Positions 1 to 10,399 of a stretch of 64,000 nt of DNA are shown in pieces. The stretch lies in assembly GCA_964057225.1 (NCBI GenBank), contig OZ059900.1, forward strand, positions 18,786,001 to 18,850,000, read 5' to 3'. The stretch is from Auanema rhodensis. Its lineage: Eukaryota; Animalia; Nematoda. A program made the translations under genes and the position numbers. Position 1 is the first letter of the stretch. Every line of letters begins with the position of its first letter. Under the pieces are notes generated by a model. It ran no database searches, was not told where the DNA came from, and saw only the letters and a program-made list of their open reading frames with translations.

Positions 1-949
1 AATATTTTATTATGCTGGAAAACCAGTTTTTGGAATTTTCGCTGTAAACAAGGTTTTGACTTACGATTTCATGTGTTCAAACTCATGCAATGTCAAAGAA
101 ATCTAGCTCAAAATTGTTCCTACAACGTCTAGTTCCACTTTCACGACAAAAAAACAGGGGTTAGAAAATTAAGGAAATTAGCATATTCTGAGGGCACGCC
201 TCTTATGGCTAATATTGATTAAATCGATTTTTGTTCATATGAGTCGTCAAATGCAACGAATTTCAGCGTGTTACATACTAAAATGAAGCATTTTACATGC
301 TGAACACTAGAAAATTACAAAAACACAGTTTTTCCCATGAGAAATATTTTATTATGCTGGAAAACCAGTTTTTGGAAATTTCGCTGTAAACAAGGTTTTG
401 ACTTACGATTTCATGTGTTCAAACTCATGCAATGTCAATGAAACCTAGCTCAAAATTGTTCGTACAACGTCTAGTTCCACTTTCACGACAAAAAAACAGG
501 GGTTAGAAAATTTAGGAAATTAGCATATTCTGAGGGCACGCCCCTTATGGCTAATATTGATTAAATCGATTTTTGTTCATATGAGTCGTCAAATGCAACG
601 AATTTCAGCGTGTTACATACTAAAATGAAGTATTTTGCATGCTGAACACTAGAAAAATACAAAAACACAGTATTTCCCATGAGAAATATTTTATTATGCT
701 GGAAAACCAGTTTTTGGAAATTTCGCTGTAAACAAGGTTTTGACTTACGATTTCATGTGTTCAAACTCATGCAATGTCAATGAAACCTAGCTCAAAATTG
801 TTCCTACAACGTCTAGTTCCACTTTCACGACAAAAAACAGGGGTTAGAAAATTAAGGAAATTAGCATAATCTGAGGGCACGCCCCTTATGGCTAATATTG
901 ATTAAATCGATTTTTGTTCATATGAGTCGTCAAATGCAACGAATTTCAG

Positions 950-2930
950 CGTGTCACATACTTAAATGAAGCATTTTACATGCTGAACACTAGAAAAATA
1001 CAAAAACACAGTATTTCCCATGAGAAATATTTTATTATGCTGGAAAACCAGTTTTTGGAAATTTCGCTGTAAACAAGGTTTTGACTTACGATTTCATGTG
1101 TTCAAACTCATGCAATGTCAATGAAACCTAGCTCAAAACTGTTCCTACAACGTCTAGTTCCACTTTCACGACAAAAAAACAGGGGTTAGAAAATTAAGGA
1201 AATTAGCATATTCTGAGGGCACGACCCTTATGGCTAATATTGATTAAATCGATTTTTGTTCATATGAGTCGTCAAATGCAACGAATTTCAGCGTGTTACA
1301 TACTAAAATGAAGCATTTTACATGCTGAACACCATAAAAATACAAAAACACAGTATTTCCCATGAGAAATATTTTATTATGCTGGAAAACCAGTTTTTGG
1401 AAGTTTCGCTGTAAACAAGGTTTTGACTTACGATTTCATGTGTTCAAACTCATGCAATGTCAATGAAACCTAGCTCAAAATTGTTCCTACAACGTCTAAT
1501 TCCACTTTCACGACAAAAAAACAGGGGTTAGAAAATTAAGGAAATTAGCATATTCTGAGGGCACGACCCTTATGGCTAATATTGATTAAATCGATTTTTG
1601 TTCATATGAGTCGTCAAATGCAACGAATTTCAGCGTGTCACATACTTAAATGAAGCATTTTACATGCTGAACACTAGAAAAATACAAAAACACAGTATTT
1701 CCTATGAGAAATATTTTATTATGCTGGAAAACCAGTTTTTGGAAATTTCGCTGTAAACAAGGTTTTGACTTACGATTTCATGTGTTCAAACTCATGCAAT
1801 GTCAATGAAACCTAGCTCAAAACTGTTCCTACAACGTCTAGTTCCACTTTCACGACAAAAAAACAGGGGTTAGAAAATTAAGGAAATTAGCATATTCTGA
1901 GGGCACGACCCTTATGGCTAATATTGATTAAATCGATTTTTGTTCATATGAGTCGTCAAATGCAACGAATTTCAGCGTGTTACATACTAAAATGAAGCAT
2001 TTTACATGCTGAACACCATAAAAATACAAAAACACAGTATTTCCCATGAGAAATATTTTATTATGCTGGAAAACCAGTTTTTGGAAGTTTCGCTGTAAAC
2101 AAGGTTTTGACTTACGATTTCATGTGTTCAAACTCATGCAATGTCAATGAAACCTAGCTCAAAATTGTTCCTACAACGTCTAATTCCACTTTCACGACAA
2201 AAAAACAGGGGTTAGAAAATTAAGGAAATTAGCATATTCTGAGGGCACGACCCTTATGGCTAATATTGATTAAATCGATTTTTGTTCATATGAGTCGTCA
2301 AATGCAACGAATTTCAGCGTGTCACATACTTAAATGAAGCATTTTACATGCTGAACACTAGAAAAATACAAAAACACAGTATTTCCTATGAGAAATATTT
2401 TATTATGCTGGAAAACCAGTTTTTGGAAATTTCGCTGTAAACAAGGTTTTGACTTACGATTTCATGTGTTCAAACTCATGCAATGTCAATGAAACCTAGC
2501 TCAAAACTGTTCCTACAACGTCTAGTTCCACTTTCACGACAAAAAAACAGGGGTTAGAAAATTAAGGAAATTAGCATATTCTGAGGGCACGACCCTTATG
2601 GCTAATATTGATTAAATCGATTTTTGTTCATATGAGTCGTCAAATGCAACGAATTTCAGCGTGTTACATACTAAAATGAAGCATTTTACATGCTGAACAC
2701 CATAAAAATACAAAAACACAGTATTTCCCATGAGAAATATTTTATTATGCTGGAAAACCAGTTTTTGGAAGTTTCGCTGTAAACAAGGTTTTGACTTACG
2801 ATTTCATGTGTTCAAACTCATGCAATGTCAATGAAACCTAGCTCAAAATTGTTCCTACAACGTCTAATTCCACTTTCACGACAAAAAAACAGGGGTTAGA
2901 AAATTAAGGAAATTAGCATATTCTGAGGGC
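950..2930 (+). repeat. 2-monomer higher-order repeat (684 bp), about 3 copies
   Basis: Private variants recur every 684 bp: GTCACATACTTAAA (~953, 1637, 2321), CAAAACT (~1139, 1823, 2507), ACCATA (~1331, 2015, 2699), plus GGAAGTTT and TCTAATT. Boundaries approximate. Confidence 0.85.
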
Positions 2931-4402
2931 ACGCCCCTTATGGCTAATATTGATTAAATCGATTTTTGTTCATATGAGTCGTCAAATGCAACGAATTTCA
3001 GCGTGTTACATACTAAAATGAAGCATTTTACATGCTGAACACTATAAAAATACAAAAACACAGTATTTCCCATGAGAAATATTTTATTATGCTGGAAAAC
3101 CAGTTTTTGGAAATTTCGCTGTAAACAAGGTTTTGACTTACGATTTCATGTGTTCAAACTCATGCAATGTCAATGAAACCTAGCTCAAAATTGTTCCTAC
3201 AACGTCTAGTTCCACTTTCACGACAAAAAACAGGGGTTAGAAAATTAAGGAAATTAGCATATTCTGAGGGCACGCCCCTTATGGCTAATATTGATTAAAT
3301 CGATTTTTGTTCATATGAGTCGTCAAATGCAACGAATTTCAGCGTGTTACATACTAAAATGAAGCATTTTACATGCTGAACACTAGAAAAATACAAAAAC
3401 ACAGTATTTCCCATGAGAAATATTTTATTATGCTGGAAAACCAGTTTTTGGAAATTTCGCTGTAAACAAGGTTTTGACTTACGATTTCATGTGTTCAAAC
3501 TCATGCAATGTCAATGAAACCTAGCTCAAAATTGTTCCTACAACGTCTAGTTCCACTTTCACGACAACAAAACAGGGGTTAGAAAATTAAGGAAATTAGC
3601 ATATTCTGAGGGCACGCCCCTTATGGCTAATATTGATTAAATCGATTTTTGTTCATATGAGTCGTCAAATGCAACGAATTTCAGCGTGTTACATACTAAA
3701 ATGAAGCATTTCACATGCTGAACACTAGAAAAATACAAAAACACAGTATTTCCCATAAGAAATATTTTATTATGCTGGAAAACCAGTTTTTGGAAAGTTC
3801 GCTGTAAACAAGGTTTTGACTTACGATTTCATGTGTTCAAACTCATGCAATGTCAATGAAACCTAGCTCAAAATTGTTCCTACAACGTCTAGTTCCACTT
3901 TCACGACAACAAAACAGGGGTTAGAAAATTAAGGAAATTAGCATATTCTGAGGGCACGCCCTTTATGGCTAATATTGATTAAATCGATTTTTGTTCATAT
4001 GAGTCGTCAAATGCAACGAATTTCAGCGTGTTACATACTAAAATGAAACATTTTACATGCTGAACACTATAAAAATACAAAAACACAGTATTTCCCATGA
4101 GAAATATTTTATTATGCTGGAAAACCAGTTTTTGGAAATTTCGCTGTAAACAAGGTTTTGACTTACGATTTCATGTGTTCAAACTCATGCAATGTCAATG
4201 AAACCTAGCTCAAAATTGTTCCTACAACGTCTAGTTCCACTTTCACGACAAAAAAACAGGGGTTAGAAAATTAAGGAAATTAGCATATTCTGAGGGCACG
4301 CCCCTTATGGCTAATATTGATTAAATCGATTTTTGTTCATATGAGTCGTCAAACGAAACGAATTTCAGCGTGTTACATACTAAAATGAAGCATTTTACAT
4401 GC

Positions 4403-4550
4403 TGAACACTAGAAAAATACAAAAACACAGTATTTCCCATGAGAAATATTTTATTATGCTGGAAAACCAGTTTTTGAACACTAGAAAAATACAAAAACAC
4501 AGTATTTCCCATGAGAAATATTTTATTATGCTGGAAAACCAGTTTTTGAA
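4403..4550 (+). repeat. 72-bp intra-monomer tandem duplication
   Basis: TGAACACTAG...CCAGTTTT occurs at 4403-4474 and again at 4475-4546, followed by TGAA. It appears as a 24-aa repeat in the two overlapping ORFs. Confidence 0.95.
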
Positions 4551-5097
4551 ATTTCGCTGTAAACAAGGTTTTGACTTACGATTTCATGTGTTCAAACTCA
4601 TGCAATGTCAATGAAACCTAGCTCAAAATTGTTATTACAACGTCTAGTTCCACTTTCACGACAAAAAAACAGGGGTTAGAAAATTAAGGAAATTAGCATA
4701 TTCTGAGGGCACGCCTCTTATGGCTAATATTGATTAAATCGATTTTTGTTCATATGAGTCGTCAAATGCAACGAATTTCAGCGTGTTACATACTAAAATG
4801 AAGCATTTTACATGCTGAACACTATAAAAATACAAAAACACAGTATTTCCCATGAGAAATATTTTATTATGCTGGAAAACCAGTTTTTGGAAATTTCGCT
4901 GTAAACAAGGTTTTGACTTACGATTTCATGTGTTCAAACTCATGCAATGTCAATGAAACCTAGCTCAAAATTGTTCCTACAACGTCTAGTTCCACTTTCA
5001 CGACAACAAAACAGGGGTTAGAAAATTAAGGAAATTAGCATATTCTGAGGGCACGCCCCTTATGGCTAATATTGATTAAATCGATTTTTGTTCATAT

Positions 5098-5107
5098 ATT
5101 TTTTTTT
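5098..5107. other. Inversion junction (+ to -) with 10-bp filler ATTTTTTTTT
   Basis: ...TTCATAT|ATTTTTTTTT|AAATTTCCAAAAACTGG..., where the right side is the reverse complement of the monomer. Confidence 0.92.
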
Positions 5108-6538
5108 AAATTTCCAAAAACTGGTTTTCCAGCATAATAAAATATTTCTCATGGGAAATACTGTGTTTTTGTATTTTTCTAGTGTTCAGCATGTGAAATG
5201 CTTCATTTTAGTATGTAACACGCTGAAATTCGTTGCATTTGACGACTCATATGAACAAAAATCGATTTAATCAATATTAGCCATAAGGGGCGTGCCCTCA
5301 GAATATGCTAATTTCCTTAATTTTCTAACCCCTGTTTTGTTGTCGTGAAAGTGGAACTAGACGTTGTAGGAACAATTTTGAGCTAGGTTTCATTGACATT
5401 GCATGAGTTTGAACACATGAAATCGTAAGTCAAAACCTTGTTTACAGCGAAATTTCCAAAAACTGGTTTTCCAGCATAATAAAATATTTCTCATGGGAAA
5501 TACTGTGTTTTTGTATTTTTCTAGTGTTCAGCATGTAAAATGCTTCATTTTAGTATGTAACACGCTGAAATTCGTTGCATTTGACGACTCATATGAACAA
5601 AAATCGATTTAATCAATATTAGCCATAAGGGGCGTGCCCTCAGAATATGCTAATTTCCTTAATTTTCTAACCCCTGTTTTTTGTCGTGAAAGTGGAACTA
5701 GACGTTGTAGGAACAATTTTGAGCTAGGTTTCATTGACATTGCATGAGTTTGAACACATGAAATCGTAAGTCAAAACCTTGTTTACAGCGAAATTTCCAA
5801 AAACTCGTTTTCCAGCATAATAAAATATTTCTCATGGGAAATACTGTGTTTTTGTATTTTTTTAGTGTTCAGCATGTAAAATGCTTCATTTTAGTATGTA
5901 ACACGCTGAAATTAATTGCATTTGACGACTCATATGAACAAAAATCGATTTAATCAATATTAGCCATAAGGGGCGTGCCCTCAGAATATGCTAATTTCCT
6001 TAAATTTCTAACCCCTGTTTTTTTGTCGTGAAAGTGGAACTAGACGTTGTACGAACAATTTTGAGCTAGGTTTCATTGACATTGCATGAGTTTGAACACA
6101 TGAAATCGTAAGTCAAAACCTTGTTTACAGCGAACTTTCCAAAAACTGGTTTTCCAGCATAATAAAATATTTCTCATGGGAAATACTGTGTTTTTGTATT
6201 TTTCTAGTGTTCAGCATGTGAAATGCTTCATTTTAGTATGTAACACGCTGAAATTCGTTGCATTTGACGACTCATATGAACAAAAATCGATTTAATCAAT
6301 ATTAGCCATAAGGGGCGTGCCCTCAGAATATGCTAATTTCCTTAATTTTCTAACCCCTGTTTTGTTGTCGTGAAAGTGGAACTAGACGTTGTAGGAACAA
6401 TTTTGAGCTAGGTTTCAAATTTCCAAAAACTGGTTTTCCAGCATAATAAAATATTTCTCATGGGAAATACTGTGTTTTTGTATTTTTCTAGTGTTCAGCA
6501 TGTAAAATGCTTCATTTTAGTATGTAACACGCTGAAAT
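5108..6538 (-). repeat. Satellite block 2, inverted (about 4.3 monomers)
   Basis: Reverse-complement monomers, including a 58-bp deletion at 6416/6417. Confidence 0.95.
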
Positions 6539-6603
6539 ACAAAAACACAGTATTTCCCATGAGAAAGATTTTATTATGCTGGAAAACCAGTTTTTGGAAA
6601 TTT
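6411..6603. other. Composite junction, copy 1: 58-bp deletion plus - to + fold-back
   Basis: GGTTTC|AAATTTCC lacks 58 bp of consensus. GCTG-AAAT-ACAAAAAC then switches strand over a shared AAAT (6535-6538). Confidence 0.93.
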
Positions 6604-9600
6604 CGCTGTAAACAAGGTTTTGACTTACGATTTCATGTGTTCAAACTCATGCAATGTCAATGAAACCTAGCTCAAAATTGTTCGTACAACGTCTAGTTCC
6701 ACTTTCACGACAAAAAAACAGGGGTTAGAAAATTAAGGAAATTAGCATATTCTGAGGGCACGCCCCTTATGGCTAATATTGATTTAATCGATTTTTGTTC
6801 ATATGAGTCGTCAAATGCAACGAATTTCAGCGTGTTACATACTAAAATGAACCATTTTACATGCTGAACACTAGAAAAATACAAAAACACAGTATTTCCC
6901 ATGAGAAATATTTTATTATGCTGGAAAACCAGTTTTTGGAAATTTCGCTGTAAACAAGGTTTTGACTTACGATTTCATGTGTTCAAACTCATGCAATGTC
7001 AATGAAACCTAGCTCAAAATTGTTCGTACAACGTCTAGTTCCACTTTCACGACAAAAAAACAGGGGTTAGAAAATTAAGGAAATTAGCATATTCTGAGGG
7101 CACGCCCCTTATGGCTAATATTGATTAAATCGATTTTTGTTCATATGAGTCGTCAAATGCAATTAATTTCAGCGTGTTACATACTAAAATGAAGCATTTT
7201 ACATGCTGAACACTAAAAAAATACAAAAACACAGTATTTCCCATGAGAAATATTTTATTATGCTGGAAAACGAGTTTTTGGAAATTTCGCTGTAAACAAG
7301 GTTTTGACTTACGATTTCATGTGTTCAAACTCATGCAATGTCAATGAAACCTAGCTCAAAATTGTTCCTACAACGTCTAGTTCCACTTTCACGACAAAAA
7401 AACAGGGGTTAGAAAATTAAGGAAATTAGCATATTCTGAGGGCACGCCCTTTATGGCTAATATTGATTAAATCGATTTTTGTTCATATGAGTCGTCAAAT
7501 GCAACGAATTTCAGCGTGTTACATACTAAAATGAAACATTTTACATGCTGAACACTATAAAAATACAAAAACACAGTATTTCCCATGAGAAATATTTTAT
7601 TATGCTGGAAAACCAGTTTTTGGAAATTTCGCTGTAAACAAGGTTTTGACTTACGATTTCATGTGTTCAAACTCATGCAATGTCAATGAAACCTAGCTCA
7701 AAATTGTTCCTACAACGTCTAGTTCCACTTTCACGACAAAAAAACAGGGGTTAGAAAATTAAGGAAATTAGCATAATCTGAGGGCACGCCCCTTATGGCT
7801 AATATTGATTAAATCGATTTTTGTTCATATGAGTCGTCAAATGCAATTAATTTCAGCGTGTTACATACTAAAATGAAGCATTTTACATGCTGAACACTAA
7901 AAAAATACAAAAACACAGTATTTCCCATGAGAAATATTTTATTATGCTGGAAAACCAGTTTTTGGAAATTTCGCTGTAAACAAGGTTTTGACTTACGATT
8001 TCATGTGTTCAAACTCATGCAATGTCAATGAAACCTAGCTCAAAATTGTTCCTACAACGTCTAGTTCCACTTTCACGACAAAAAAACAGGGGTTAGAAAA
8101 TTAAGGAAATTAGCATATTCTGAGGGCACGCCCTTTATGGCTAATATTGATTAAATCGATTTTTGTTCATATGAGTCGTCAAATGCAACGAATTTCAGCG
8201 TGTTACATACTAAAATGAAACATTTTACATGCTGAACACTATAAAAATACAAAAACACAGTATTTCCCATGAGAAATATTTTATTATGCTGGAAAACCAG
8301 TTTTTGGAAATTTCGCTGTAAACAAGGTTTTGACTTACGATTTCATGTGTTCAAACTCATGCAATGTCAATGAAACCTAGCTCAAAATTGTTCCTACAAC
8401 GTCTAGTTCCACTTTCACGACAAAAAAACAGGGGTTAGAAAATTAAGGAAATTAGCATATTCTGAGGGCACGCCCCTTATGGCTAATATTGATTAAATCG
8501 ATTTTTGTTCATATGAGTCGTCAAATGAAACGAATTTCAGCGTGTTACATACTAAAATGAAGCATTTTACATGCTGAACACTAGAAAAATACAAAAACAC
8601 AGTATTTCCCATGAGAAATATTTTATTATGCTGGAAAACCAGTTTTTGGAAATTTCGCTGTAAACAAGGTTTTGACTTACGATTTCATGTGTTCAAACTC
8701 ATGCAATGTCAATGAAACCTAGCTCAAAATTGTTCCTACAACGTCTAGTTCCACTTTCACGACAACAAAACAGGGGTTAGAAAATTAAGGAAATTAGCAT
8801 ATTCTGAGGGCACGCCCCTTATGGCTAATATTGATTAAATCGATTTTTGTTCATATGAGTCGTCAAATGCAACGAATTTCAGCGTGTTACATACTAAAAT
8901 GAAGCATTTCACATGCTGAACACTAGAAAAATACAAAAACACAGTATTTCCTATGAGAAATATTTTATTATGCTGGAAAACCAGTTTTTGGAAATTTCGC
9001 TGTAAACAAGGTTTTGACTTACGATTTCATGTGTTCAAACTCATGCAATGTCAATGAAACCTAGCTCAAAATTGTTCCTACAACGTCTAGTTCCACTTTC
9101 ACGACAAAAAAACAGGGGTTAGAAAATTAAGGAAATTAGCATATTCTGAGGGCACGCCTCTTATGGCTAATATTGATTAAATCGATTTTTGTTCATATGA
9201 GTCGTCAAATGCAACGAATTTCAGCGTGTTACATACTAAAATGAAGCATTTTACATGCTGAACACTATAAAAATACAAAAACACAGTATTTCCCATGAGA
9301 AATATTTTATTATGCTGGAAAACCAGTTTTTGGAAATTTCGCTGTAAACAAGGTTTTGACTTACGATTTCATGTGTTCAAACTCATGCAATGTCAATGAA
9401 ACCTAGCTCAAAATTGTTCCTACAACGTCTAGTTCCACTTTCACGACAACAAAACAGGGGTTAGAAAATTAAGGAAATTAGCATATTCTGAGGGCACGCC
9501 CCTTATGGCTAATATTGATTAAATCGATTTTTGTTCATATGAGTCGTCAAATGCAACGAATTTCAGCGTGTTACATACTAAAATGAAGCATTTCACATGC

Positions 9601-10399
9601 TGAACACTAGAAAAATACAAAAACACAGTATTTCCCATGAGAAATATTTTATTATGCTGGAAAACCAGTTTTTGGAAATTTCGCTGTAAACAAGGTTTTG
9701 ACTTACGATTTCATGTGTTCAAACTCATGCAATGTCAATGAAACCTAGCTCAAAATTGTTCGTACAACGTCTAGTTCCACTTTCACGACAAAAAAACAGG
9801 GGTTAGAAAATTGAGGAAATTAGCATATTCTGAGGGCACGCCCCTTATGGCTAATATTGATTAAATCGATTTTTGTTCATATGAGTCGTCAAATGCAATT
9901 AATTTCAGCGTGTCACATACTAAAATGAAGCATTTTACATGCTGAACACTAAAAAAATACAAAAACACAGTATTTCCCATGAGAAATATTTTATTATGCT
10001 GGAAAACGAGTTTTTGGAAATTTCGCTGTAAACAAGGTTTTGACTTACGATTTCATGTGTTCAAACTCATGCAATGTCAATGAAATCTAGCTCAAAATTG
10101 TTCCTACAACGTCTAGTTCCACTTTCACGACAAAAAAACAGGGGTTAGAAAATTAAGGAAATTAGCAGATTCTGAGGGCACGCCCTTTATGGCTTATATT
10201 GATTAAATCGATTTTTGTTCATATGAGTCGTCAAATGCAACGAATTTCAGCGTGTTACATACTAAAATGAAACATTTTACATGCTGAACACTATAAAAAT
10301 ACAAAAACACAGTATTTCCCATGAGAAATATTTTATTATGCTGGAAAACCAGTTTTTGGAAATTTCGCTGTAAACAAGGTTTTGACTTACGATTTCATG

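Larger units (their letters stand above)
1..5097 (+). repeat. Satellite block 1, forward orientation (about 15 monomers)
   Basis: Head-to-tail monomers ending at ...GATTTTTGTTCATAT (5097). Confidence 0.95.

Noticed and set aside
155-166. Telomere-like GGGGTTAG in each monomer
   Set aside because: It is only about one TTAGG/TTAGGG unit, never tandem, and is expected by chance.
343-684. 342 = 2x171, suggesting an alpha-satellite-like dimer
   Set aside because: I see no similarity at a 171-bp offset and no resemblance to primate alphoid consensus. There are only short patchy internal matches, such as ACGATTTCATGTGTT versus ACGAATTTCAGCGTGTT.
343-684. Tandem 5S rRNA, tRNA or snRNA gene array
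   Set aside because: No recognisable structural RNA sequence or Pol III box A/B/C motifs, and the monomer is uniformly AT-rich.
4321-4614. Overlapping 81-aa and 71-aa ORFs with a 24-aa internal repeat
   Set aside because: They result from the in-frame 72-bp duplication of satellite sequence and show no protein-like features.
5088-5270. 60-aa ORF
   Set aside because: It spans the inversion junction and filler, so it is a chance fusion of satellite frames.
6417-6603. MITE or foldback transposon
   Set aside because: The inverted arms are ordinary satellite sequence, there is no target-site duplication, and flanking SNPs were copied along with the module.
6460-6663. 67-aa ORF repeated at 59137 and 63235
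   Set aside because: It reads across the fold-back junction. Its recurrence reflects junction duplication, not coding conservation.
6705-6902. 65-aa minus-strand ORF
   Set aside because: A single SNP (GATTTAATC) removes a stop codon in one monomer.
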